Below are positions 38,897 to 52,999 of a DNA stretch of 64,000 nucleotides, piece after piece. The DNA is taken from the NCBI GenBank assembly GCA_964016885.1, contig OZ024749.1, positions 13,826,001 to 13,890,000 of the forward strand. Direction: 5' to 3'. The notes under the pieces are model-generated. The model had not been told where the DNA came from. It searched no databases and saw nothing but the letters and a program-made list of their open reading frames with translations. Source of the stretch: Eledone cirrhosa (Eukaryota). The translations under genes were made by a program, and so were the position numbers. Position 1 is the stretch's first letter; each line of letters starts with the position of its first letter.

Positions 38897-39760
38897 TGGT
38901 TTCTGATATAGGCACAAGGCCAGCAATTTGGTGGGAGGGGAAAGTCAATTAAACTGACCTCAGTGCATGACTAGTACTCTATTTTAATGATGAAAAGCAA
39001 AGCTAACCTCAGTGAGATTTGAACTCAGAATGCAGAGAGCTGAAACAAATACTGTGAAGGTTGATAAAATAAGAAGCAGAAACAGAACAGTAGTAGTGGA
39101 CAACACAAACACCTAGACAACACCTCCACTACAACCCTGAAGACTGTGCCCCAGTATGGCCACAGTAGTATGAGTGGAATCAGTAAAAGATATTTAGAAA
39201 AAAAAAATGGTTTCTGACTTAGGCACAAAGCCACAATTATCCCAGTGCATTACAGGTACTTTATTGTATCGACTATAAGGATGAAAGACAACGTTAACCA
39301 TGACGGGATTTGAACTCATAATGTAAAGGGTCATAACTATATACTGCAAAGCATGTTGTCCGATTCTCCACCGATACTACCAATCCACTGCCCTTTAGTA
39401 ATAATTGTTTCTACGTTAGGCACAAGGCCAGCAATTACCAAGTGCATTACTGGTACTTTATTTTATCAACCCCGTAAGGATGAAAGGTAAAGTTAACCTC
39501 GGCGGGATTTGAACTCAGAATAGCAAGGGCCGTAACTCTATGCGTCAAAGCATGGCGTCCGACTCTCTACCAATACTGCCAATCCATTTTCTAATTTAGG
39601 TACAAGGCCATTGATTTCTGGGGAAAGGGAAGTCTATTATATTTACCTCAGTATTCAACTGGTACTATATTTTATTGACTTCGGAAGAATAAAGGGCCGT
39701 GACACTATGCTATATAGCATGGTGTCCGACACTCTACCAATTACTGTCAATCCACCGCCC
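38897..39760 (-). mobile_element. Cluster of about four SINE family A copies
   Basis: Repeated ggcacaaggccagcaatt...gggatttgaactc...gatactgccaatcc units at about 38897, 39208, 39400 and 39587. Confidence 0.78.
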
Positions 39761-39793
39761 TTTAGAAAAAGAAATAATAATAAAAAGCTTTAC

Positions 39794-40015
39794 CTGGTTC
39801 ATTCCTGCATTGGTAAAATAAGTACCAGCTGCCTTTGTGGGGATAACAGAGGAGGACTTGACAAACTGATGGCCATACTCTTCACAGAAGAAATCTAAGA
39901 ATGTCTTTCTGATTCGTTTCGATGACCAAGTGGTCTTCCTTTGGGTGTGGATAAGTGAGGAGTAGGTGTGGGCTTGATGGCAATGGTGACATATCCTACC
40001 ACAGATTTTCAACAT
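39794..40015 (-). CDS. AARS2: AlaRS (mitochondrial) first coding exon: putative transit peptide + start of aminoacylation domain
   Basis: MLKICGRICHH...WSSKRIRKTFLDFF...GHQFVKSSSVIP...FTNAGMNQ matches the AlaRS N-terminus. It is preceded by a basic N-terminal extension lacking acidic residues. AG acceptor before 40031, GT donor after 39794. Confidence 0.9.
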
Positions 40016-40149
40016 GATCAAACAGCAGCACCTAGGATATATAATAAGGAAAATGATTGTGTACAGTGCTCAGGTGCACTACAACTCATCACAGGTGGAT
40101 GTATAATGCATAGAATAATGTACAAATGTCAGGAAAGTGAACAGTGTAT

Positions 40150-40470
40150 GAGTTATGATATACACAAAGATACATGCATGTGCATGTATGGAGGGGGAAT
40201 ATCAGGTGTAGTGTTGGCGAATTTCGGGAAGCATGGAAGTAGTTTGTTCCATGCTTCAGGAACTCTGAGCATGGGAGCTGTGCTGTTTTCTGATTTTGTA
40301 GGCATGCCCACAGGTGTTAGACACATGGAATTCAAAAAAGTGTTCAGGGTTGTTGTTGGCAAGATGGTTAATAATTTTCTGGGTGTCTACCAAGTTTGTT
40401 GCCAGATGTTGGAGCTTTAATGTATCCATGCCCAGGGAAGCATATATCGATGTATCCATGCCCACAAATA
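40150..40470 (-). mobile_element. CR1/L2-type LINE 3' remnant
   Basis: NLVDTQKIINHL...FFEF..SNTCGHAYKIRK resembles the CR1 C-terminal DLIxxYKI...FF...TRGHxxKL. Confidence 0.55.
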
Positions 40471-42339
40471 TATATCAAATACCTTTATCATTATGTCACA
40501 TAGCAGTTCCCACCCCAAGGCCTGGACAACCCTGGGGTCCACAAATGTAGAACTGGGGGGTCAGTGAGCTAAGTTTAAAATTTCAAGTACTTTGTAGTAA
40601 ACATATGTATGGTATGGTCCTGTAACTCCTATTGGGGTCATAGGGGCACCGTAGTGACATACAGTGTGTCTTGGATATTTTTTTAAAACATGGCAGAGCT
40701 CATCTCCTCTCCAGGACTGGAAACACCCAATTTCTTCCAGAGTAGCAAAGAAGAGAGAGGAAGAGAAGAGAGTGATAGAGAGTGTGTGGGATAGAAATAT
40801 AGAGGAAGAATCGACCTCAGTACTAGACTGGTACTTTTTTTATCAACCACAAAAGGATGAAAGGCAAAGTTGACCTCAGTGGGATTTGAACTGAGAGAGC
40901 AGAGAGCTAAAACAAATACCACAAAGTATTCTAACTGACATTCTAATGACTCTGCCAATTCAAGCCTTATATGGAAACATAATATACACAGACTGTTGGG
41001 TATATATGTTTCTTTAAATATAAACATATCTCTCTTTTAATTATTGTTTCACTGAATAACAATTTCAAGAATTTTTAAAAACATAACACACATACACACA
41101 CGCAACCACACACATACATACACATATATATATACACACACACACACAATACACACACACACATATACACCGACTATTAAGTTTCCATTCTTATCTAAGT
41201 ATAACCATTTCTCATTTTCAATTATATAACAATTAGGGAAAGAAATAATTGTAATGGGGTGAGGCGAAGGGTGGGCGGGGGTGTGGTCAGTGAAAAAAAT
41301 TATTTTACATAGAAGGGGGTCCCTTCGTTGTGAAAATGTTGAGAATTACTCAAACAGCTTTCTAGGTCATTGGTAATGGAATTATGACAGTTTGGGAAGT
41401 CTCTCTGATGATTTGGGTTTTTGGAGATCAATATTCAAGGTTTTCGATCAGGAGGGTTCTTCAGTTGTGTCAGACATGACAACCTCCTTGGCGTTGAAGA
41501 TCTACATGATAAATGCACCCAGTACACTCTGTAAAGTGGTTGGAGATTGGAAAGGCATCTAGCTGGAGAAAACCTGCCAAACAAACGGTTGAAAAGAACT
41601 CTTTAGCTGTGTCAAAGACATGACAACCTCTCTGGTATTGGTGCTATAATAAAGTACACTTGGTAGAGTGTGGGAATATTTTGTAAGTGACATGCAGGGC
41701 CCCCGGTATATTTGAGAGGTCAATGGCTTCGCTTGAGTACTAACTCATTCTGTGATGACTCGTCCAACCCTCGATAGCTGGGGAAAATGGATGCTAAATG
41801 ACAATAATGATGATGATGATGATGATGTATATAAACAGTATCTTTTACAAGAAATATAGTAATGAATGGGTTAATATGACACTGTAATTCTTATTGCCAA
41901 TTCGTCACATCTTGTTGCTAGGTAACCACTAATTTAGGGAGAAGGGGGTCAACTGTCTGGGTCATGGACAGAACAGATTAGTAGTGGACATAGTGACCTT
42001 TATTCTAGCAGTTTTCTAGTACCGGAGAGGTCAAAGTATTTAGACTGGGACTACAAACAGACTAATGACAAACTGTTTCTAGTTTACAACAGTGAGTGTG
42101 CACAAAACTTTATTGCAGTTTCTTAACACCATCACAGGTGCACATTGCTGTGTTGCATGTCATTTATCAAAGTAATCTATCATTATACTATTATGCATTG
42201 CTGCAACACACAACAGTGCACTGATGCATCAAGACTGAGAATGCAATAAGTTCATGTTGAGTTGCAGCTTATTAATAACAACCACCACATTCCATTTCAT
42301 TTAATTTCATTCTAACACAATGCAGCCCAACCTTACTGA

Positions 42340-42650
42340 CAAACAACACAAGTGCAGGTAAACTACTGTATCTATGCATTATACAACACAAGCGCTGGAA
42401 AACCACTGCATTTATGCATCATAAAACACAAGTGCTGGCAAACTGCAGCATCTGTGTGCCATGGAACACAAGGGCAGGTAAACTACTGCACCTATACACC
42501 ATACAACACAAGTGCAGGTTAACTGTTGCATATGTACACTATACAACACAAGTGCAGTCTAACTGTTGCATATATGCACTATACAACACAAGTGCAGGCT
42601 AACTGTTGCATATGTGCACTATACAGCATAAGTGCAGGTAAATTGTTGTA
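42340..42650. repeat. ~40-bp diverged minisatellite
   Basis: atacaacacaagtgcaggttaactgttgcatatgtacact-like units. Confidence 0.8.
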
Positions 42651-43369
42651 AAGTGTTTGGTGATTGAATGGAGATAATTTAGATTAGAGAGAGTTCCTCA
42701 GTCTTGCTGAAAGCATGACAAACTCTTCAGTACAGGTAACACAATAAAATACACCCAGTACACTCTGTAAAGTAGTAGTGATAGTGCCACGATAAACAAC
42801 AGAGTATGCTGCAGGTGAAGTTGTGCGTGGAATAGTGACCTTCAGCTTATAAACCAACTGGCAGACGGCCGACCCCCTACAGCATGGATAAACCGAACCA
42901 TTACATACAAACTACCAAGTCTGGTACACGGTCGCTGGACCTGCTAAACATAACCAGCTAATCTCCCTCTAATTACATTCTACCGTCATAAAACACAGAG
43001 GTTTAAGAGATTATAATACTAGTTACACACCCACACGCACACATATATATAATACTAGTTATCGCAAATAAGAAAGCCTGCAAGGTCATGGCTGAAATGC
43101 TTTTGATTATAGGTCCACTGAAACACGCTTAACCTAGGGTTAAACAACAACTATGTAACTATATATTCAATTCATATATATACACTTAAACATATATCTA
43201 TCTAAATATTTGAGCGAGGCATGCAAAATTAATCCAGTGAATCAGACGAGATATTTTCATTTACTTCATTCAAAATCTATAATCAATATTACCTATATAT
43301 ATATATAAACACACATTAGAAAGATAGATAGATGGATATATAAGACGCACGGGTTAGTAATTAACTTAC

Positions 43370-43600
43370 CGGATTATAAAATAGATTTAAATAATAAATT
43401 ATAATTATTATTACACATCAATACGTTAGTGGGTAGTTTGAATAAATTGATCGATCTTTCTTTATCAACAATAAGATCGATAATTACATATTACCGATCA
43501 ACAATATCATAGTAACAATAACAACAACATCACATGTTGAAAGATAAAGTGACAGACATCCTAGCCATGCTTGTTGTAGATTTCATTTAAAGTTAGGCAC
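43370..43600 (-). other. Putative non-coding first exon / promoter-proximal region of AARS2
   Basis: The ATG exon has an upstream acceptor, so a 5' UTR exon is expected. A strong donor CCG|GTAAGT lies at 43370 in unique sequence. The 5' end is uncertain. Confidence 0.35.
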
Positions 43601-43761
43601 ACGTTTCACAGCCGCATGTACTATTTCGAATAAAAAGGAGGTGTATATATTTCTGTGTGTGTATATGTCTGTGTTTATGTGTGCGTAGTTGTCATTATAT
43701 GATTATTTTGTCAGTTTGTACACTTATGTAAATGTGTTTCGTGTGTTTGTATATGCTTATA

Positions 43762-43802
<41 letters not shown>

Positions 43803-43929
43803 TATGTACACGTACATATGTAGCGGTGGCTGTACACATACATATATGTATACAGACGTACAGTAGTATGTATATATATATATATATATATATATACATA
43901 CATGCAACCATATATATATGTACGTATGG

Positions 43930-46900
43930 ATTCACCGAACATTTATTATAATGCTCGGTGTGTTTGTAAACAAACATCCCGTATTAAGCCGGAGTGTCTA
44001 TCAACCATCGTTGCTCGTTTGTTCAACACTGACAAAGGAACGCTGTACCAGTTTCAAGTTTATTAGCTATCGTCAGCAACGTATACCTTCCTGCCAGATT
44101 GTTGAACGTCTGAAAGTATATACTTTCCTTATGCATATTAACGGCTGAGTAGCCAATTTGCATATCGAGTGGGTTAAATTTCGTTTCATTTTTTTAATAT
44201 ATACATAAACTCTGAAATTAAGAATTTAGCTGAAATTATACCAACAGTTATCAAAGATACAAGAGAAAGCCTACCACAACCCCCTTGGATGTCAGAACTA
44301 AACGAAAGAAATTTGGAAAACAAAACACATCGAATAAGAAAAGAAATGTGGAAGACATGGAAAAAATTTCTTAACATAAGAAAACAAAACTTCTGGAAAG
44401 CATACAAATGCGAAAAATATGTCGAAATGGCTCTCTCTAGCGGCACCCATACTCCCTCGTAAATACCTAATTACAGAAATTGCAGGAGAACCAGAAGAAG
44501 AAACGAAACTCCGATGGGAACTTACATTGACAAAATTAAGGACCGACATCTCCATTTCTCAACGTAAACAATCCTGCTACAAAGCCAAATATGAAGCTAT
44601 CGATGACCAAATTGAAGTTGAAATTTCAAAGCTAACGACTGGTATTATAGCTGAAAAACTACGAGAACTATGGATCAGAGATATCTCAAAAGAAGAAAAC
44701 AAATCAAGAAAGGTATGGCAGCAGAAACAATTATTTCTCGACGAATATGCTGTAAATTACGGTAAAGACTCTGGAACCCTGAGAAAAAGCATTAAAAGTG
44801 GACAATCTCACCAACACAACATACGCCAGAACACGTGCCAACATAAACACTCACCTTACCTTGAATCAAAGAAGAACTACGGTAATAACTCTTCACTTTT
44901 TCTACAAAAACACCCTAACGCACACAACATGAACAAAAAGCACAAACACGATAAATATTCCTTTGACCAGACCATGAGAAGTAGTAAAATCAGGAGATCA
45001 TTCTCAAGATCTCAACAGAGACTACCCACAAGGAACGGGGAAACAAAACGTAGAATAACCAGATCACTCTCAAGATCTCAACAGAGATTACCCACAAGAA
45101 ACTGGGCGAAAAAACGATCTAAACCTGAAAGCAAACCTAGGTCATTTCCCCAGATTGTTAAAAATAATGCTAACAAGAAATGGAAAAATAATATACATAA
45201 TACCAAAAATAGTACAAAATACATAACGAAACTTAGACCTATTATAGCTGGTCCAACATGCCCACCCACCGTCTAAGCAATTTTGTTGACATTATTTTGA
45301 AACCACTATGTATTCACATACCCAGTTTTAACCAGGATGATATCGACTTCCTGTCCCATCTTCCCAAAACCACGGAAACGAATTCACTTCTACTTAGTTT
45401 TGATGTGGTAAGCCTTTACACCAACATTACACATGATTTAGGAATAAAGGCGGTTAAATACTGGATGGAAAAACATAGAGAAGTGATTCTTCCCATCAGA
45501 TTCACGGCACCATTTATATTAGACGCAGTTAAACTTATTCTGGAAAACAACACTTTCTTCTTCAATGGAAAGAATTACATCCAAATTAGAGGCACAGCGA
45601 TGGGAACGAAGTTTGCTCCCGTTTACGCGAACTCTGTAATGGGATACTTAGAACAACAACTCTACCAAGAAATAGAGGAAAAATATAGTACTGACTTTAG
45701 AAAATACATTGAAAAATCTTGGAAGAGATACCTTGACGACTGTTTCATCATCTGGACAGAATCTCTAAATACTCTGGATGAGTTCAATATCATCCTGAAT
45801 AACCTACACCCATCTCTCCAATTCACAAAAGAGATGAGTAGTACCAAATTACCATTCCTAGATATAATGATAATCAAAAACGACACCACCATTACCACGG
45901 ATATATATTATAAACACATAGACACCCATCAATATCTGGATTTTAAGTCGTGCCATCCACCTCTTACAAAACGCAACATCCCATACTGCCTAGCCAGAAG
46001 AATTTGTACCATTGTAGAAGATACGAATACCAGGTACAAACGCCTAACAGAACTAAGAGAATTTTTGCTCAAACAAAAATACCCATCTCTACTTATAGAA
46101 AATGGCATACAGCAGGCTATAAAAATACCTATACAACAATTTAGGACAACCCAAGGAAGAAGAAACCAAGAACTCGTCATACCATTTATAATGACACACA
46201 AACCATGTCACCAGAATATCTTCAACACTGCCAAAGCAAACCTACCGATCATTGCTCAAAGTAATGAATTAAAAGGCTTAATCACAGATCGATTTTTGAC
46301 TCTTAGTAAAAGACAGCCGAAAAATCTGAAGCAATTACTAACAAAAGCAAAGTTTGACCTTAACAACAAAGACCAATCATTATTCACTGTATCTAAATGC
46401 AATGATAGTCGATGTGGCACATGTCAATCCATACACTACGGTCAATATATGAAAACAAAAACTGGAAAAATATTCCCAAATGCAAATATGAACCGCAAAA
46501 GCAGAAATCTAATTTACTGCATTAAATGCCCGAATTGTGAAGAACTATATGTCGGTCAAACTGGAAATGCACTATCGGAACGTGCACGGGTACACCGACA
46601 GCAAATCAGAGACCCAAATATCCGTCAGATACCCCTAAGTAACCATCTAGCAGCATGTGGTCAGGGAATATTTATAATATTCCCATTCTACAAATTACAC
46701 AGCCCAAGTGAAATCAAGAGAAAAATCCAAGAAAAGAATTTTATTGATAAATTCAAACCCAAGCTAAATGAACAATAATAATGGGGTATTAATCCTACCA
46801 TGGCTATGACTATGACCACTAACAACAACAACAACAACAATAATAATAATAATAAAAGTGATGTTGATGGTGATGTTTACTAGAAAATGCTATTTTCATC

Positions 46901-47345
46901 ATTTCTAAAAATAGCAAAACAATTGATGCTTTGGATAGGGTCAATTAGTAGTCGTTAGACATGCTCAACCAACCGTGATGCCTAAACCACTCAGCTTTAG
47001 TAATCCAGTGAAACTACACACCGATTGGTCGAAATACAGTTTGCAAGATTTAGCATTCTGGAGCCACTTTTCACTGAATATAAGGCACAAAATTTACCCA
47101 TCTCATTACAGTTGAAAATTGCAAACTTGACTGTCACCACACATTATGAACCTGAAGATTGCGAAAGCATGAAAGTACTTGTTCAATTAACACTTAACAT
47201 TTAATATTCTACCATACTATTTCATTATAATACCATTATAAATTTTAAAGGATTGTAAATAAAACGAGTAAATCAGACAAAGTTGGAATTCCTTTTATTA
47301 ATATAATCTTCTATACACAATCATACATACCCGTGTATATTTATC
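43930..47345 (+). mobile_element. Penelope-like element (Neptune-like), frameshifted and apparently internally deleted
   Basis: RPIIAG, SFDVVSLYTNI, GTAMGTKFAPVYAN, RYLDD, LPFLD, S.HP RT motifs; CxxxRCxxC linker; GIY-YIG nuclease LIYCIKCPNC..LYVGQT...R..H. Flanked by (TA)n tracts; 3' hammerhead motif. Confidence 0.92.
47147..47185 (+). ncRNA. Minimal type I hammerhead ribozyme in PLE 3' region
   Basis: tgaac-CTGAAGA-ttgc gaaa gcat-GAAA-gtac-TT-gttca: stem I tgaac/gttca, short stem II, palindromic stem III. Confidence 0.8.
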
Positions 47346-47603
47346 TATCTCTCTCTCTCTATATATATATATATATACGTGTAGGGTGTCCCAAAAAATT
47401 GTATATACACTTTGATTAAAATGATGTTGAAGTGTGTATGCATTTTTGGGGGGATACAGTGTATATCATCATCATGGTCATGGTTTAACATCCATTTTCC
47501 ACTCTAGTACAGCTTATATATATATATATGCTCTAAATTTATTTGATATATATTTATCCTTATCGAGCCCTCTTCGGATTTTAGTCTTCACATTTATTAA
47601 AAT

Positions 47604-47665
<62 letters not shown>

Positions 47666-48344
47666 TAGGGAAACCACCGTCACACCTCAATAAATGTAAT
47701 GAAGATCTAACACCTTGTCCTTTTCATTATTAAAATAAATAAATAAATAAATAAATCATTATTATTATTATATTATTACTTTCCATTATGAGTTCAAATC
47801 CCACCAAGGTTAACTTTGCCTTTCATCCTTACGGGGTCAATAAAATAAAGTACCAGTAATGTACTGGGTAATTGTACCAAAAGTAGAAACAATTATTATA
47901 TTATTATTACTATTATATATATATATGTGTGTGTGTGTGTAGATATATGTATTACTATTATCATATTATATGTATATGCATATATATGTGAGTGTGGATG
48001 CAGACATACTCAGATCACACACTAACAAATAATGACATTGGGAGATTTCCCAAGTGCACACTACTACTTAATGTGATGACTACACTTGTGATGTCAACTA
48101 TTGGTATATCATATTTGTGTGTATATAGACATAATAATACACATTGCTATTAACAAGCTGCCAACAGGTCGTTGACCTAATGGCAACCTTGTCCCCCACC
48201 CCACACCTTTTATTTTACAGTGATTTGTCAGTAGGGAGAGGAAGGGTGCTGCGTATATCCCAGATCAGTCAACCCCCCCCCCCCCCATTCGACGAGAAGA
48301 TCTCCAACAGACTCTAGGGTGGGTGAGAGATGTCAGCTTTCATT

Positions 48345-48533
48345 CGGTGAATTGGCAGTATCGGTAGAGGGTCGGATGCCATGCTTTGATGCATAGAGTT
48401 ACGGCCCTTGCCATTCTGAGTTCAAATCCCGCCGAGGTTAACTTTGCCTTTCATCCTCACGGGGTCGATAAAATAAAGTACCAGTAATGTGGTGGGTAAT
48501 TGCTGGCCTTGTGCCAAAAAGTAGAAACAATTA
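48345..48533 (+). mobile_element. SINE family A (further partial copies at about 40800-40967, 47786-47895, 58285-58425)
   Basis: Near full-length consensus with A and B boxes. Confidence 0.8.
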
Positions 48534-49189
48534 TGTAAAATCTCCCCATTTTGTCTCATTTCACCCCGTTTTGGGGCACTTCTTTCCATAGTACTCCCCA
48601 TTTGGATTTCTAGAGGTTGGCAGGTCCCATTTAGAATAGATACACTGTATAGCTGTATGTCATAGGGGACTAGAAGGGTTGGAAATAGGAAAGGCATTGG
48701 GTAATAAAAATATTGTTTCATTTCTGTATGAAGCTTTTCATGGGACCTGCTGTGGCTAACCCCTTACCCCTGCTTTAACAAGTGGAGTAGTCTTAAAACG
48801 TGTCTTGCAGTGGTTTAGTCAGTGAGGGAAGGATAGTGTCCATAATGATTTCCAGGGTCTCAGGGATGTGTGGAATTGAAAGGAAAAATACCCATGATGA
48901 CTTTCAGGGTTTCAGAGATGGGTGGGAAGGAACGGCAATGCTCATGACTCTTTTTAGGGCCTCTATGAGGGGTGGAAGAAAGGGGTAGTGCTTAAGGTGA
49001 TTTTCAGGGCCTCAGAGACAGGTGGAAAGGAGGAGAAGTTCTCCTGATCCTTTTCAAGGTTTCTGAGATGTGTGGGAGCAAAGAAAGTATCTTCAAACAG
49101 GAGACCTGGTCCAAATGCTTGTAAAAGAAACCTGTTAACCATTCTTTACAGCCAAAGGTGAAACACTGTAGAATCAAACCCCAACACTC

Positions 49190-49470
49190 TTCTTCTTCTT
49201 CGTCTTCTTCTTTGCCCACTTATACCTGAGAGGGTCATAGGGCAGAGTCCTCAAACACTCCTTCCAGCAGGCCCTGTCAGAAGCGACCATCTCCAACTAA
49301 TCTGGCTGGATCCCTAAGCAAGACCATGAGGATGTCATCCAACAATCTTGATAGGGGGTCTACCCCTGGGTCTCTTGCTGGTTGGTTTTGCTCGTAAAAT
49401 CAGTCCAGCGATTCTTTCTTGGGAGATTCTAACCACATGCCTATAATATTGGAGCTGGGATCTCTCAATG
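49190..49470 (-). mobile_element. RTE-like 3' end remnant
   Basis: Minus strand HVVR...KRPRGRP-like translation followed by a (GAA)n tail. Confidence 0.45.
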
Positions 49471-49555
49471 ATTGTAAAACAAAGTTGTTTACCACACAGT
49501 GATGCCTTACATCAATTTCTTATTAAAAAAAACCCACAAAACAACATAATCACAA

Positions 49556-49965
49556 CTGGAACCAGCAGGCCTCAACTGCGGAGACGGCAAGCACCTCGAT
49601 GGAATTACCCTCTTCCCATTTGAAGGAGGTAGATCCCTCATCTGGGGCGCCACATGGTGTGATATGTTCTCCACCCCCAGCTTAGCCACTTCAGCCACAA
49701 ACCCTGGTACTGCGACCCACAATGCAGAGGAAATGAAAACCAACAAATACTGGCAATTGTCTGGCCACTTCCTCTTCGTACCAGTCACCATCAAGATGTC
49801 AGGTATACTTGGACCCTGTACTGTCGAGCTCCTCCGCAAGATCAGAATGTCAGCAAGGAGCCCTATGAAGTGGTGTGGTTGTTGCAGCGGGTGTCGTAGG
49901 CCATTCTGCAGGAATTCTTTTGCAGTCTTGTCCACGGGTCACAGCCCCAACACCACCCCACCCTA
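49556..49965 (+). mobile_element. CRE-clade fragment
   Basis: EPAGL...GK.LDGITLFPF..GRSLIW.AT...AEEMKTNKY...SGILGP. Confidence 0.68.
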
Positions 49966-50119
49966 GGCCTGAAGACAGGATTAAATATATTGCTTGTGAT
50001 ACCCTCCCAGATAAAAATAGGGGTGGGGCTGTTGGATTGACCTTTAAGTAAGCTAACGATATAGATAATTAATTAGTTTCTTAGTTAATTACTTAGGCCG
50101 CTGGATAAAGAGATGTCCT

Positions 50120-50148
50120 ATATCATCATCATCATCATCGTCATCATT

Positions 50149-50188
<40 letters not shown>

Positions 50189-50410
50189 ACATTACCATTA
50201 TCATCATCTTCATCATCATCATCATCAATTATATCATTATCATCACTGTCTTCATCATTGTCATTGTCATCATTATTATCATCATCATCATCACCATTAT
50301 CATCACTATTATCATCATCATCATCATCGCTATTGCCATCTTGATTGTCATCATCATAATCACCACCAACACCATTCCTATCATCAGCAGCAGCAGCAGC
50401 AGCAGCAGCC
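50120..50410. repeat. (CAT)n/(CAG)n microsatellite
   Basis: Direct inspection. Confidence 0.9.
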
Positions 50411-50989
50411 TGTAATGTAATGCGGGAGAAGTATTGACAGATGATAGAACTCATCTGATGGGGACTGCAATGTGAACCCTCTTTCTCTTAGCCCTACAGA
50501 ATCCCTTCCCCTTGGTTCCAGTTTTGTCTGGCCCCTCTGGTCCTGCCCAAATCACCTCTGAACAGCTGTTGGTCACTGTAGGGCCAACCAACAGAAGTGG
50601 GATATGCCACTGATGATAATTCCAACTGCCATTGTGGACACAAATGTCTTTATTATGGCATCCTCATATACAGCAAGTAGAAATTTGAATATATTTATTT
50701 TAATAGTGTAAAATTACACATCCATGTACACCAGGTTCAAACACAGAGGAACCAAACTCCCACTGTCATCACCTCCATCTCTCACGCCCTACTTATCACA
50801 TACATGTACACCAGGTCCAAACACAGAGGTGCCAAACTCCCACTGTCATCGCCTCCATCTCTCTCGCCCTCCTTATCACATACATGTAAACCAGGTCCAA
50901 ACACAGAGGAGCCAAACTCCCACTGTCATCGCCTCTGTCCCTCCTGCCCTCCCCATCCCTCACTATTATGAGCAAATGGGGTCTAAAGC

Positions 50990-51220
50990 ACTGGCTGCCC
51001 TGTGGTCACAGCGGACAGAATAGAGAAGGCGTTTCCTCGGAGGATGGTGAAGGAGATGCGCTAGAAAAGCCATTCCAGTTCGTGAGGCTCACACCTGCGG
51101 GCAGCCAGTTCTGTGCCTATGGTGGTGAGTAGGGATGTGGCCCTAGGGAGCCATTCCAGATCATGAGGCTCACACCTGCAGGTAGCCAGCTCTGTGGTGA
51201 GTTGGGAGGTGGTCCTAGGG
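50990..51220 (-). mobile_element. CRE-clade fragment with small internal duplication
   Basis: Nucleotide similarity to 31150-31310 (ggagatgcgctagaaaagcca...ctcacacctgc). Confidence 0.6.
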
Positions 51221-51345
51221 AACACCTTCTAGCTGACACCAATCTTGAAGATGCCTGCACACTTAACGACCTTGAAACCTTAACACCCCAGTTGAGGCTC
51301 TATGTGCAACACTGGATGGGTGTGGTGTAGCAACTCGATAAGAAG

Positions 51346-51386
<41 letters not shown>

Positions 51387-51707
51387 TATCATCATCATCA
51401 TCATCAGCAGCAGCAGCAGCAAGCATTGTATTATTCTATTAGTTAGTGATTCTGTGAAATATAGGTTGCGTGGTTTGTCTTATAGTATTGTGGGTGGTTG
51501 TGTAAACTAGAGATGAGCAAACTGCTGCCCATGAGCTGCATGTGGTCTATGAGCCCACATGTGGCCTATGAGCCACATGAGGCCTCTTTAGCTTTCTGAA
51601 TGGTGCGCCAAATTTCAAAATTGCCTTGAATTTTTTAGTAGTGCAGCCTGCCTTATGATGAGGCACATCCTATGTGGTTCATTGCTAGAAAAGGACCGGC
51701 CATACCT

Positions 51708-52960
51708 GGTGTAGTAATATATGTTGTGTGGTTTGTGTTGTTTTATTGTGAGGCGACTGTGTAGTAATATATATTGTGTTGGTTGTGTTGTTTTATTGTG
51801 AGGCGACTGTGTAGTAATATATATTGTGTTGGTTGTGTTGTTTTATTGTGAGGCGACTGTGTAGTAATATATATTGTGTGGTTTGTGTTGTTTTATTGTG
51901 AGGCGACTGTGTAGTAATATATATTGTGTTGGTTGTGTTGTTTTATTGTGAGGCGACTGTGTAGTAATATATGTTGTGTGGTTTGTGTTGTTTTATTGTG
52001 AGGCGACTGTGTAGTAATATATGTTGTGTGGTTTGTGTTGTTTTATTGTGAGGCGACTGTGTAGTAATATATATTGTGTTGGTTGTGTTGTTTTATTGTG
52101 AGGCGACTGTGTAGTAATATATGTTGTGTGGTTTGTGTTGTTTTATTGTGAGGCGACTGTGTAGTAATATATGTTGTGTGGTTTGTGTTGTTTTATTGTG
52201 AGGCGACTGTGTAGTAATATATATTGTGTGGTTTGTGTTGTTTTATTGTGAGGCGACTGTGTAGTAAAATATATTGTGTGGTTTGTGTTGTTTTATTGTG
52301 AGGCGACTGTGTAGTAATATATGTTGTGTGGTTGTGTTGTTTTATTGTGAGGTGGTTGTGTAGTAATATATATTGTGTTGGTTGTGTTGTTTTATTGTGA
52401 GGTGACTGTGTAGTAAAATATGTTGTGTTGGTTGTGTTGTTTTATTGTAAGGTGGTTGTGTAGAAATATATGTTGTGTGGTTGTGTTGTTTTATTGTGAG
52501 GTGGTTGTGTAGTAATATATATTGTGTTGGTTGTGTTATTTTATTGTGAGGTGACTGTGTAGTAAAATATGTTGTGTTGGTTGTGTTGTTTTATTGTGAG
52601 GTGGTTGTGTAGAAATATATGTTGTGTGGTTGTGTTGTTTTATTGTGAGGTGGTTGTGTAGTAATATATATTGTGTTGGTTGTGTTGTTTTATTGTGAGG
52701 TGACTGTAGTATAGATATGTTGTGTTGGTTGTGTTGTTTTATTGTGAGGTGATAATTACATAGTACTATATATTGTTGTGTGGTTCAAGGTGATTTTGTG
52801 TCATGTGTATTGTGTGGGTGGTGTTGCCAATATTTTGTTGTGAGGTGGCTGTATAGTATATTTATGTTGTGTGGGTTGCATTGTTTTATTGTGAGGTGAC
52901 TGTGTAGTAATATATGTTGTGTGGGTTGTGCTGTTTTACAGTATTAGGTGATAATTGTAT
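51708..52960. repeat. 50-bp minisatellite
   Basis: gtgtagtaatatatattgtgttggttgtgttgttttattgtgaggcgact. Confidence 0.95.
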
Positions 52961-52999
52961 AGTACTATATATTGTTGTGTGGTTTAAAGTGAATGTGTT

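Noticed and set aside
44025-44070. Possible 5' hammerhead/pseudo-LTR of the PLE (ctgacaaaggaac...gtttc)
   Set aside because: The core is incomplete and shows no similarity to the 3' tail.
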